Below the pieces are notes generated by a model. That model did no database searches, was not told the DNA's origin, and saw nothing but the letters and a program-made list of their open reading frames with translations. From the NCBI GenBank assembly GCA_029256015.1, contig JAQSYQ010000004.1, forward strand, positions 35,032-99,031: a DNA stretch of 64,000 bases. The letters run 5' to 3'. The translations under genes were made by a program, and so were the position numbers. Of this stretch, positions 38,087-47,207 are shown piece after piece; position 1 is the first letter of the stretch, and every line of letters begins with the position of its first letter. This DNA comes from Gammaproteobacteria bacterium (GTDB taxonomy: Bacteria > Pseudomonadota > Gammaproteobacteria > Francisellales > CACEW01).

Positions 38087-38527
38087 ATGCTAAACATACT
38101 GGTCATACATGGCCCTAACCTAAATTTGCTCGGTATTCGCGAGCCGGAAATTTACGGGTCTGATACTTTAGAACAAATCAACGAGCGGCTAGTGAAACTG
38201 GCTAAGCAGAACTCTGCTCAAGTAGAAATCATGCAAAGCAATGCCGAGCATGAATTGATTAACTCTGTGCAAAAGGCACATGGCCGTATCGACTTCATTA
38301 TTATTAACCCCGCGGCTTTTGGTCATACCAGCATCGCATTGCGAGATGCTTTTCTTGCTGTTGGTATTCCCTTTATTGAAGTACACTTATCAAATACCGA
38401 TGCCAGAGAGCCATTTCGCCAGCATTCTTATCTCTCTGATATTGCAGTAGGGAAAATTATAGGACTAGGAGCGAGAGGCTATGAATTTGCCTTAGACGCT
38501 GCCATAGATTATTGTCAAACTCATTAG
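38087..38527 (+). CDS. aroQ: Type II 3-dehydroquinate dehydratase
   Basis: [24 protein letters not shown] and HLSN...REPFRQHS motifs. ATG at 38087; the track ORF has a 23-codon upstream extension. Confidence 0.93.
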   Translation: MLNILVIHGPNLNLLGIREPEIYGSDTLEQINERLVKLAKQNSAQVEIMQSNAEHELINSVQKAHGRIDFIIINPAAFGHTSIALRDAFLAVGIPFIEVHLSNTDAREPFRQHSYLSDIAVGKIIGLGARGYEFALDAAIDYCQTH

Positions 38528-38547
38528 AAACAGACATAGGAACTTTG

Positions 38548-39015
38548 ATGGATATCAATATTCGTGAACTAGAAAAATTAATCAAACTGATGGAAGGCTC
38601 TACCGTTGCTGAAATTGAAATTAAGCAAGGTGAAGAAACCGTGAGAGTCAGCAGAAATAGCTCAGCAGCTCCCGTTGTTAGTATTCCAGTGCCAGCACCT
38701 GTGGCTCCAGCTTCAGCTCCGGCAGCTGCGCCAGCACCTGCTGAAAGCGCTCCAGCAGCAAAAGCTGTGGTTAAAGGCCATGAACTGAAGTCTCCTATGG
38801 TCGGTACTTATTATTCCGCGCCTTCTCCTGATTCCGCGCCCTATGCCCATGTTGGCAAAAAGGTAAAAGCAGGTGAAACCCTTTGCATTATTGAAGCCAT
38901 GAAAATGATGAATCAAATTGAAGCAGATAAATCAGGCGTGATTAAAGCCATTTTGAAAGAAAACGGCCAGCCTGTGGAGTTTGACGAGCCTTTATTTGTT
39001 ATCGAAACCGAATAA
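38548..39015 (+). CDS. accB: Biotin carboxyl carrier protein of acetyl-CoA carboxylase
   Basis: Ala/Pro-rich linker plus the biotinylation motif [17 protein letters not shown] at 38548. Confidence 0.95.
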   Translation: MDINIRELEKLIKLMEGSTVAEIEIKQGEETVRVSRNSSAAPVVSIPVPAPVAPASAPAAAPAPAESAPAAKAVVKGHELKSPMVGTYYSAPSPDSAPYAHVGKKVKAGETLCIIEAMKMMNQIEADKSGVIKAILKENGQPVEFDEPLFVIETE

Positions 39016-39030
39016 TTACTGGGTGGTCAA

Positions 39031-40383
39031 ATGATGCTGGAGAAAGTATTAATAGCAAATCGTGGTGAAATTGCACTTCGTATCCTAAGAGCCTGCCGTG
39101 AGCAAAAAATCAAAACGGTTGCTGTACACTCAACAGTCGATCGCAATTTGAAACATGTGAGAATGGCTGACGAATCTGTGTGTATAGGCCCTGCCAATTC
39201 TCGCGACAGCTATCTTAATATTCCCGCCATTATAAGTGCGGCCGAGGTTACTCACAGTACAGCTATTCATCCTGGCTATGGCTTTTTGGCCGAAAATGCG
39301 GATTTCGCAGAAAGAGTGGAAAAAAGCGGATTTATTTTTATCGGGCCTCGTCCTGAAAGCATTCGGATGATGGGAGACAAGGTTTCAGCCATTGCCGCCA
39401 TGAAGAAATTCGGCGTTCCCACCGTTCCCGGCTCAGACGGCCCATTAGGTCAAGACCAGCAAACCAACTTAAAAATAGCTGAGAAAATCGGTTACCCTGT
39501 CATTATTAAGGCAGCTGGCGGTGGTGGCGGCCGAGGCATGAGAATCGTTCGTCACACCCAAGAGCTTGTTCAATCCATTCAAATGACCAAAACCGAAGCT
39601 TCAGCCGCATTTGGTAATGCTACCGTCTATATGGAAAAGTTTTTAGAAAACCCTCGCCATATTGAAATCCAGGTTATCGGCGATGGCAACGGTAAAGCCA
39701 TTTATTTAGGAGAGCGTGATTGCTCAATGCAGCGTCGCCATCAAAAAGTACTGGAAGAAGCTCCAGCCCCAGGCATTACTGAAGAACAGCGCAAAAAAAT
39801 CGGTAAAACCTGCGTGAAAGCCTGTGAAAAAATGAAATATCGCGGCGCAGGGACCTTTGAGTTTTTGTATGAGAAAGGTAAATTTTACTTTATTGAGATG
39901 AACACTCGGGTTCAGGTTGAACACCCAGTCACTGAAATGATTACCGGAGTCGACATAGTCAGAGAACAGCTTAGAGTGGCAGCAGGATTAGGCTTAAGCT
40001 ACAAGCAAGATGATATCAAAATCAAAGGCCATGCCATTGAGTGCCGAATCAATGCGGAAGACTCTGAAACTTTTATGCCTTGCCCTGGCACTATCGAGCT
40101 TTACCACCCGGCCGGCGGCCCTGGGATTAGGATCGATTCTCATATTTATTCAAGCTATAAAGTCCCCGCTAACTATGATTCTTTAATTGGCAAAATTATC
40201 GCTTACTCTGATACTCGCGAGGACTGTATTGCCAGAATGCAAAATGCCTTATTGGAAACTGTAGTAGAAGGGATCAAAACCAATATTCCTCTGCATAAAA
40301 GGATTTTGACCGATAATAATTTCTGCAAAGGCGGCACCAATATTCACTATCTTGAAAAAATCCTGATGCCAAGCAAAAAATAA
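39031..40383 (+). CDS. accC: Biotin carboxylase
   Basis: 450 aa with [14 protein letters not shown], the ATP-grasp glycine loop GGGGRGMR, and [14 protein letters not shown]. Confidence 0.98.
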   Translation: MMLEKVLIANRGEIALRILRACREQKIKTVAVHSTVDRNLKHVRMADESVCIGPANSRDSYLNIPAIISAAEVTHSTAIHPGYGFLAENADFAERVEKSGFIFIGPRPESIRMMGDKVSAIAAMKKFGVPTVPGSDGPLGQDQQTNLKIAEKIGYPVIIKAAGGGGGRGMRIVRHTQELVQSIQMTKTEASAAFGNATVYMEKFLENPRHIEIQVIGDGNGKAIYLGERDCSMQRRHQKVLEEAPAPGITEEQRKKIGKTCVKACEKMKYRGAGTFEFLYEKGKFYFIEMNTRVQVEHPVTEMITGVDIVREQLRVAAGLGLSYKQDDIKIKGHAIECRINAEDSETFMPCPGTIELYHPAGGPGIRIDSHIYSSYKVPANYDSLIGKIIAYSDTREDCIARMQNALLETVVEGIKTNIPLHKRILTDNNFCKGGTNIHYLEKILMPSKK

Positions 40384-40496
40384 CAGGCCCCCGGCTTAGA
40401 ATTAGCCCTGCAAATTGAACCACGGCAAAATGCCGAAAGCTTGATAAATCATTAAGTTTAGGCTATCTTGATACATCGAAAGAGAGGGATTAAAGC

Positions 40497-41255
40497 ATGA
40501 AACGTTATGGTGTAGCTTTGACAATATTGCTCGCGGGTTCTTTTCTTGCAGGAGTGTATGCAACGCCAAGTTTAGTCCAGCTTCCAGATTTCAAAAAAAG
40601 CACCTCTTCTTCGGATCAAAAACGTCAATACTTTATTGACTTTATGCTGCCTAAAATTGAGGCGGCCAATTTGCAATTAACGGTTACCCGTCAAAGAATT
40701 CAGCATTTAGCACAATATTACAATCGCTATGGCAAGTTAAATCGTGCCGACCAGGAATGGTTGCAGGAAATTGCCCAGGAATATGAGGTTTCGCCTTTTA
40801 ATTTCAATACAAGAACGCTTAATGTTACCCCTCTTCTGGAAAGAGTGGATATTATCCCGCCTTCTTTAGTATTGGCTCAGGCTATTAACGAATCAGCCTG
40901 GGGAACTTCTCGATTCGCTCAACAAGCTAACAATATATTTGGCCAATGGTGCTTTAGCCAAGGCTGTGGTCTTGTTCCTAAGCAAAGACCCGAGGGAGCC
41001 ATTTATGAAGTGCAAAAATTCCCAGATATTTTAGCTTCGGTTGATGCTTATATGTATAACCTGAATACCAACGATGTATTTGAACCTTTCCGCGAGCTAA
41101 GGGCCCAACTACGTGCTGAAAATCAACCTTTAACAGGTCAGGCTTTAGCTTCAGGCCTGCTCAACTATTCACAGCGCCATCAAGACTATGTGGATTCCAT
41201 TCAAGCAGGGATTAGCAATTATAACTTAGCGCAGTACGATAACCTAAACAGGTAA
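40497..41255 (+). CDS. Bax-like protein with glucosaminidase (FlgJ C-terminal type) domain
   Basis: 252 aa with a signal/TM start, and LVLAQAINESAWGTSRFAQQANNIFG typical of mannosyl-glycoprotein endo-beta-N-acetylglucosaminidase domains. Confidence 0.8.
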   Translation: MKRYGVALTILLAGSFLAGVYATPSLVQLPDFKKSTSSSDQKRQYFIDFMLPKIEAANLQLTVTRQRIQHLAQYYNRYGKLNRADQEWLQEIAQEYEVSPFNFNTRTLNVTPLLERVDIIPPSLVLAQAINESAWGTSRFAQQANNIFGQWCFSQGCGLVPKQRPEGAIYEVQKFPDILASVDAYMYNLNTNDVFEPFRELRAQLRAENQPLTGQALASGLLNYSQRHQDYVDSIQAGISNYNLAQYDNLNR

Positions 41256-41283
41256 TCTTTTAGTACGCTCAGTTTAAATTAAA

Positions 41284-41380
41284 GCAGTCCTGGTAACGTT
41301 TCGTTACTCTGCGCAAGCTTTCTCTTGTAAAAATTTCACGCAAGCTTAAGATGAGCGGTTAATATGTACGCTTTGTATTG
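41284..41380. repeat. Short copy of family R1 (inverted relative to 3987-4184)
   Basis: 41299-41355 matches the reverse complement of 4114-4170 at 55/57 nt. It carries TTGTAA-16 nt-TAAGAT facing prmA. Confidence 0.6.
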
Positions 41381-41387
41381 AAAGAGA

Positions 41388-42275
41388 ATGATTATGAAAT
41401 GGATCCAACTAAGATTTGCCTGCTCAGCCAATGAAGCTGAAATGTTTGAAGAACTTCTGCTTGAAACCGAAGCAGTTTCAGTCACTTTCCAAGATGCGCA
41501 AGATCAACCTATTTTAGAGCCCGGTGTCGGGCAAATGCCGCTGTGGAATAAAGTCACCATGGTAGCGCTTTATACCGAAGATACCGATATGGATAGGGTC
41601 TTGCTTCAAATCAAATCCATTCATCCTGATTTTGATTTAAGCCAAGCCCATATTGAGAACTTAGCTGATCAAAACTGGGTGCAAGCCTGGATGGATGATT
41701 TTAAGCCCATGCAATTTGGCGATAGGCTATGGATCTGCCCCACTGCGCACCAGCCTGTTGACCCTACCGCAGTTAACGTAATCTTAGACCCTGGCTTGGC
41801 TTTTGGCACGGGGACCCACCCTACCACAGCCTTATGCTTGCGCTGGCTGGGCGAGCAAGATTTAAATAATAAGACCATTATTGATTATGGCTGCGGTTCC
41901 GGCATTTTAGCCATTGCAGCAGTTATGCTGGGAGCTAAAAAAGCCTACTGTGTAGACAACGATCCTCAAGCCCTGACTGCAACCGAAAACAATGCCAAAC
42001 AAAACCGTCTAGACTCTACTCAAATTATAAGCCTGCTGCCCGATGCACTTCCAAATTTTCAAGCGGATATCATGGTTGCCAACATCTTAGCCGGCCCCCT
42101 AGTAGAATTAGCGCCACACTTAAGCAATTTAACAAAAGATCATGGGAAAATCTGTCTGTCTGGAATTTTGGACTCTCAAGCCAAACAAGTCGCTGAAGCT
42201 TACGAGAAGTTTTTTAAATTAGGCCCTATAGTCTATAGCGGTGAGTGGACTCGGATAAGTGGAGTGAAGAAATAG
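41388..42275 (+). CDS. prmA: Ribosomal protein L11 methyltransferase
   Basis: 295 aa with LDPGLAFGTGTHPTT and the SAM motif IDYGCGSGILAIAA. Confidence 0.93.
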   Translation: MIMKWIQLRFACSANEAEMFEELLLETEAVSVTFQDAQDQPILEPGVGQMPLWNKVTMVALYTEDTDMDRVLLQIKSIHPDFDLSQAHIENLADQNWVQAWMDDFKPMQFGDRLWICPTAHQPVDPTAVNVILDPGLAFGTGTHPTTALCLRWLGEQDLNNKTIIDYGCGSGILAIAAVMLGAKKAYCVDNDPQALTATENNAKQNRLDSTQIISLLPDALPNFQADIMVANILAGPLVELAPHLSNLTKDHGKICLSGILDSQAKQVAEAYEKFFKLGPIVYSGEWTRISGVKK

Positions 42276-42283
42276 ATTTGCTT

Positions 42284-42523
42284 TAAATCCTCCTTTATCC
42301 CCTTTTGCATGACGGATGGATTGAACTTATATAAAGCTGGTAAGGTTCACTTTAAATCCCCCTCTATCCCTCTTTGTCAAAGGGGGAGGTTTAGTTGTAG
42401 CCTTTTCAAAGGGAGAGGTTATAGCTGCGCCTTTGTTGAAGGGAAAAGTTCTTATTCGCCCCTTTGCTAAAGGGAAAAGTTCTTGTTCCTCCCTTTATTA
42501 AAGGGAGGCTAGGAGGGATTTAA
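42284..42523. repeat. Family R3: fragment (42284-42322) plus array of five short CCTTT..AAAGG hairpins at ~30-bp spacing (42351-42523)
   Basis: Hairpins sit near 42368, 42401, 42430, 42460 and 42490. The last two ~30-bp units are about 26/31 identical (gggaaaagttctt(a/g)ttc...ccctttg/a.taaa). The array is bounded by TAAATCCCCCTC ... GGAGGGATTTA inverted ends. Confidence 0.65.
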
Positions 42524-43659
42524 CCATATACCAGCGTGATGGAGCTTATAGAGCGATGATCCAAAATGCTGGCATTAAACTGCTCTTTTAGCGACTCATG
42601 CTTGTGCTGCTCTAACACACTGAGAGAAAGCGTTAAGTTGATTTCCAGATGAGCTTCAAAATAATACAGAATCGTTCTTAAAACCATGCTTTCAGGTACA
42701 ATGTTTTGCCATTTTGGCATAAGTTCATTTAGCAGAACGCTTCGCTCGGGCAATAGGTGCTTAGGCAAACCTTCCGGATGGTTTTCGGTATCTACATGAA
42801 CGGTTACATCTTCAATATCAGGAAAGTTCTTAGCTAAGATAACCTGAACGGATTGAGCAACGAAGTGCCCTTCTGAGGCACTTACATAATAGGGTTCAAT
42901 CAAAACATGCACATCTAAAAAAACCCGGCCCGCCATTTTACGAGTACGAAGCTGATGCAGATGTTTCACCCCGGTTAAGCTCATAATGGTCTGTTCGACT
43001 TTTTTTAACTCATCTTGAGACAAACCTGCGTCGCTCAATTCCTCCAAAGCTTTCCAGCCCCAATTCCCACCCATTCTGATAATGAAAAAGGCCACCACTA
43101 AAGCAGCTACTTCATCTAAAAATGGAAAGCCTGCAAAGGCGCCTAATAGGCCTGCCAAGACAATTAATGAAGCCCATGAATCACTTCTGCTATGCCAAGC
43201 GTTAGCCTTCAATAAGTCTGAATTAATCTGCTTAGCCAAATTTAAGGTATAGCGAAATAGACTCTCATTGGCCAAAATGGAAATCACGGCCACCCAAATC
43301 GTAAACTCATCGGGTTTATCCGTGAGATGATGGGTAATCCGGTAAATGGCATCAAAACCGATCCCAAGGCCCACCAAGACCAAAAAAAGCCCCAAGCCAA
43401 AGGTTGCTACCGTTTCAAATCGCCAGTGGCCATAGGGATGATTTTCATCGGGATCTAAACGGCTGTAATGATTGGCAACAAAAACCATTGCATTCACCAG
43501 CAGATCGGCCAATGAGTGAATACCATCTGCAAACAAAGCGGAAGATGAACCTAAAAGCCCCAAACTTATTTTCATCAAAGCCAAAAGACTGTTAACGATA
43601 GTGCTTAGCAAATTAGCCTTTTTAGTTATCTTGTGCCGCTCTAAAAGATCACTGCTCAT
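42520..43659 (-). CDS. Cation diffusion facilitator (FieF-like) metal efflux transporter
   Basis: 379 aa with ALFADGIHSLADL and HPYGHWRFE motifs, 6 TM helices, and a cytoplasmic C-terminal domain. Confidence 0.9.
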   Translation of the reverse strand: MSSDLLERHKITKKANLLSTIVNSLLALMKISLGLLGSSSALFADGIHSLADLLVNAMVFVANHYSRLDPDENHPYGHWRFETVATFGLGLFLVLVGLGIGFDAIYRITHHLTDKPDEFTIWVAVISILANESLFRYTLNLAKQINSDLLKANAWHSRSDSWASLIVLAGLLGAFAGFPFLDEVAALVVAFFIIRMGGNWGWKALEELSDAGLSQDELKKVEQTIMSLTGVKHLHQLRTRKMAGRVFLDVHVLIEPYYVSASEGHFVAQSVQVILAKNFPDIEDVTVHVDTENHPEGLPKHLLPERSVLLNELMPKWQNIVPESMVLRTILYYFEAHLEINLTLSLSVLEQHKHESLKEQFNASILDHRSISSITLVYG

Positions 43660-44164
43660 AATATTTTGCTATCCAGTGGATGCATGCCATCGCTGCATGC
43701 CCGATAATATAAATCCATACTAAAGTTGCCAGTGTACTATGAATATTAATTAAAAATGAAGCCGCAGTTTTCCAAGGTAGCCAATGATAGATTATAAAAC
43801 CGCTAGCTCCTGTTAAAGCCATGGCCAAAATCAGCAAAATCCCTAAGCCTTGCACCAAGCCTGGCAGTCCACCTGCAGCTCGATTAGGCAAGCTTTTAAA
43901 TTTTAGCATATTCATCAGGTCAGATATTACTTCAGCCAAAGCTAATCTTGAATAGGGATAGAAGTTAGCTAATCTATGCTGCCTGGCTTTTAAAATAAGA
44001 TAAATACTTAGGCTCAGCAAAGCCGTCACGCCGCCCGCTACGTGTAAATAAAAAATGGCTGTCCTGCCGCCCATAAACTGGCTGGTCACAAGCTGTGAAA
44101 CCACAGCCAAAGCCAAAATAAAATGAAGAACTAAACTGGACCGATTCCATTGATGTGCGTACAT
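43649..44164 (-). CDS. Cytochrome b561-like four-helix membrane protein
   Basis: 171 aa with 4 TM helices and conserved His in helices 1, 2 and 4 (LHFILA, YLHVAGG, IGHAAMACIHW). This is a family assignment from pattern only. Confidence 0.5.
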   Translation of the reverse strand: MYAHQWNRSSLVLHFILALAVVSQLVTSQFMGGRTAIFYLHVAGGVTALLSLSIYLILKARQHRLANFYPYSRLALAEVISDLMNMLKFKSLPNRAAGGLPGLVQGLGILLILAMALTGASGFIIYHWLPWKTAASFLINIHSTLATLVWIYIIGHAAMACIHWIAKYYEQ

Positions 44165-44173
44165 AAATACCTC

Positions 44174-45844
44174 TTATTGCTTATTGTTTGGATTAGCAGG
44201 AATAGTAAATAAATAGACCGCTTGGCGCATGACATCTGAGAATACGGGGGCCGCAACCTCACCGCCATAATATTGTTTGCGAGGACGATCTATCATAACA
44301 ACCATTGCAAACTGCGGATTATTCGCTGGGATAATTCCAGCAAATAGCCCGATATATTGGTTTACATAACGTCCATCTACTGACTTTCTGGAAGTTCCGG
44401 TTTTACCCGCAATGGCATAGCCAGCTACCTGAGCTTTTAAGCCGGTACCACCCTCTTCAATTACGGTACGAAGCATCTGTAAAATCTGATCGGCCACCGC
44501 AGCAGGCATAACCTGCTCGCCGTCTGTTGGGGCTTCATCTTGCTTTAATAAGGTTAAAGGATATTGCATGCCGTGATTCGCAATCGCCGCATAGGCTTGA
44601 ACCAACTGCAAGGCAGTCACGTTCATCCCATAACCAAAGGATAAAGTAGCCAAAGCAAAAGGAGCCCAGGTATAAGGGTGCGGAACATAGCCAGTACGCT
44701 CGCCCGGAAATTGCAAAGCGGTGACTTGACCAAAGCCGGCTTCATCTAAAGTATTGACCAGAGCCTTGGAATTGATCTGCAAAATAAGCTTGGAAATCCC
44801 TACGTTGCTCGATTTTTGCAAAATACCGCCCAAAGTCAATGTGCCATAATCATGCACATCTTTAACGGTATATTTACCTATGCTGTAATAGCCTGGATCG
44901 GTATTGACAGTGGTATTAGGCGGAAATTTGCCACTTTCCAAAACAGCCGCCATAGAAAAGGGTTTCATCGTAGAACCTGGCTCAAACACATCAGTAGCCG
45001 CGCGAGTCCGCATCCCATCCACATCAAAGCTTTGACGGTTATTGGGGTTGTAGCTGGGGACGCTCGCCATTGCCACGATTTCACCAGTTTTTACATTGAC
45101 GATCACCGCCGTTCCCGCATCCGCATTATTTTGCTGTACGGCTTTAAGCAATGCGCGATAGGTGATGTACTGCAAACGTCGATCAATACTTAACACTAAA
45201 GGCTGGCCTGGAACAGGGTCAATTTGATTACCCGGCACATCGACAATATTGCCCTTTAAATCGCGGACAATAGTCATGGTCCCGGCCTTGCCTGCCAATG
45301 ACTTATTATATTTAAGCTCCACCCCTGCAATACCCGCATTGCTATCGTTGGTAATCCCTAAGACTTGGCTCATCACTTCGCTGTCTGGGTAATAACGGCG
45401 GTATTCTTTTTGGAAATAGATGCCTTTGACATCAAGGGCTTTAACCTGGTCCGCTAATTGAGGAGAAATTTGTCTGGCCAAATAAATAAACCGAATTTGC
45501 TTTTTATCACCTTGGTTACCGGTAGCAGCCAATATTTTCTCCGCTTTAGCCGGATTTAAATTAAGCAAACTCAGCACCTTGGGCCAGTTGGGATCAGTGA
45601 CATCCAAATACTGCGGGTCCACCCAGACTGAATTGACGGGCACACTCACCGCGACAGGAAGGTTGTTACGATCATAGATAATGCCGCGTTGGGCCGGCAG
45701 AACGAGCACCCTCAGAGACCGAGAGTTACCTTGCTTGAGCAAAAAGTTTCTATCGATGACATGTAAATAAAATAATCGGCTGACAATCGCAGTTAATACC
45801 AAGCCCAAAATACCTACTACAAACCAAAATCGATATTTATGCAT
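44174..45844 (-). CDS. ftsI: Peptidoglycan D,D-transpeptidase FtsI (PBP3)
   Basis: 556 aa with an N-terminal TM and motifs STMKP (SxxK), SSN and KTGT. Confidence 0.95.
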   Translation of the reverse strand: MHKYRFWFVVGILGLVLTAIVSRLFYLHVIDRNFLLKQGNSRSLRVLVLPAQRGIIYDRNNLPVAVSVPVNSVWVDPQYLDVTDPNWPKVLSLLNLNPAKAEKILAATGNQGDKKQIRFIYLARQISPQLADQVKALDVKGIYFQKEYRRYYPDSEVMSQVLGITNDSNAGIAGVELKYNKSLAGKAGTMTIVRDLKGNIVDVPGNQIDPVPGQPLVLSIDRRLQYITYRALLKAVQQNNADAGTAVIVNVKTGEIVAMASVPSYNPNNRQSFDVDGMRTRAATDVFEPGSTMKPFSMAAVLESGKFPPNTTVNTDPGYYSIGKYTVKDVHDYGTLTLGGILQKSSNVGISKLILQINSKALVNTLDEAGFGQVTALQFPGERTGYVPHPYTWAPFALATLSFGYGMNVTALQLVQAYAAIANHGMQYPLTLLKQDEAPTDGEQVMPAAVADQILQMLRTVIEEGGTGLKAQVAGYAIAGKTGTSRKSVDGRYVNQYIGLFAGIIPANNPQFAMVVMIDRPRKQYYGGEVAAPVFSDVMRQAVYLFTIPANPNNKQ

Positions 45845-46239
45845 TATGAAGTGCTCGTAATGGAATCGTTATCACTTAAGTTTGGCACTCCATTGACCGG
45901 CGTATTTCCTGGTAAAACTAAAATTTTGATATTTTGTGCAGTAGGGACCGTCATTCCCATATTTTCAGTGGCAATTTTTTCGATTCTGCTGTAGTTACCC
46001 CAAGTACTTTCCTCCAGCAAAATATTCATCCACTGGGTATGCAGCTGTTGCTGCTGAGCTTGCAGTTGTTGGTATTGGATAAAGGCTTGGCGATAACGGT
46101 TTTTTACATATACGACTAATAAGGCCGTAATAAATAATACCAATACAAAAGCCATGACCTTTTTTGATTTAGGATTGGTAAAGGTATTACGCAGGGCCAA
46201 TAATACATTTAACCCGTTATATTCATCCTGTTGTCTCAT
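45844..46239 (-). CDS. ftsL: Cell division protein FtsL
   Basis: 131 aa with a single TM followed by a Gln/Leu-rich coiled coil and RIEKIATENMGM. It lies between rsmH and ftsI with overlapping stops and starts. Confidence 0.8.
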   Translation of the reverse strand: MRQQDEYNGLNVLLALRNTFTNPKSKKVMAFVLVLFITALLVVYVKNRYRQAFIQYQQLQAQQQQLHTQWMNILLEESTWGNYSRIEKIATENMGMTVPTAQNIKILVLPGNTPVNGVPNLSDNDSITSTS

Positions 46240-47162
46240 GTTATTCTCTCTGTTACGCGCAAGATTGCACTTCTCGCTCGAACGTTTCGTGCAATTTCTT
46301 CTTCATCTGCTCGTTGCATTTTAATACACCATCGCATTTTTTGCAGGGCATTTATTTCAGACTGGCGCACAGGAAGGCCTCTAGGCAAGGCAGGAGGCTG
46401 GCTCTGGGCCTGCATAAATTGTTTAACAATCCGGTCTTCCAACGAATGAAAGCTGATTATGGCCAATCTTCCGCCCATTTTTAAAACTTTTAAAGACGCG
46501 GCTAAAGCCTGTTCCAATTCCTCAAGCTCATGATTAATGTAAATTCTTAAAGCTTGAAAGCTTCGAGTGGCAGGATGCTTAAACTTATCCACCTTGGGAA
46601 TGGACTGCTCAATCAGCTTAGCAAGGTCTAAAGTGGTTTTAAGAGGATGCTCTGTTCTGGATTCAACCACTGCTCTGGCAATTTTTCTGGAAAACTTTTC
46701 TTCTCCATAACGCCAGATAATATCGGCCAGCGTTTTTTCATCGACATGCTCTAAAAATTCTGCAACCGATTCGCCTCTAGTGGTATCCATCCTCATATCA
46801 AGCGGGCCCTCTCGCATAAAGCTAAAGCCTCGAGAGGCTTCATCCAATTGAGGAGAGGACACTCCCAAGTCCAGCAATATACCGTCGACCTGCCCCATCA
46901 GATTGAATTGCTCGGCAATGGCCTCTAGCTCACAAAAACCTTGGTGGACTATGCTAACTCTTTTATCGCTGCCATAGCGAGACTGTGCTACTTCTATGGC
47001 CTGCGGGTCTTTATCGATAACAACTAAGCGGCCTTGATCGGACAGTTTTTCCAAAATGGCAGCACTATGACCGCCTCTTCCAAAAGTTCCATCGATATAA
47101 ATGCCGTCAGGCTTAATGGCCAAGCCTTCGACTGCTTCTTGTAATAAAACGGATTGATGCAC
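46236..47162 (-). CDS. rsmH: 16S rRNA m4C1402 methyltransferase
   Basis: 308 aa with HQSVLLQEAV, DGTFGRGGHS, DLGVSSPQLD and SFHSLEDRIVK. Confidence 0.96.
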   Translation of the reverse strand: MHQSVLLQEAVEGLAIKPDGIYIDGTFGRGGHSAAILEKLSDQGRLVVIDKDPQAIEVAQSRYGSDKRVSIVHQGFCELEAIAEQFNLMGQVDGILLDLGVSSPQLDEASRGFSFMREGPLDMRMDTTRGESVAEFLEHVDEKTLADIIWRYGEEKFSRKIARAVVESRTEHPLKTTLDLAKLIEQSIPKVDKFKHPATRSFQALRIYINHELEELEQALAASLKVLKMGGRLAIISFHSLEDRIVKQFMQAQSQPPALPRGLPVRQSEINALQKMRWCIKMQRADEEEIARNVRARSAILRVTERIT

Positions 47163-47207
47163 GTTATCTCTACCATTTTTGAGTTGATGGTATTGTAACG
47201 ACTAAAC

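Noticed and set aside
42351-42523. Possible CRISPR array (regularly spaced ~30-bp units)
   Set aside because: The spacers are themselves repeated (the units are a tandem minisatellite). The palindromes are only 4-7 bp, there are just five units, and there are no cas genes or leader. It is better explained as a REP/MITE-type hairpin array.
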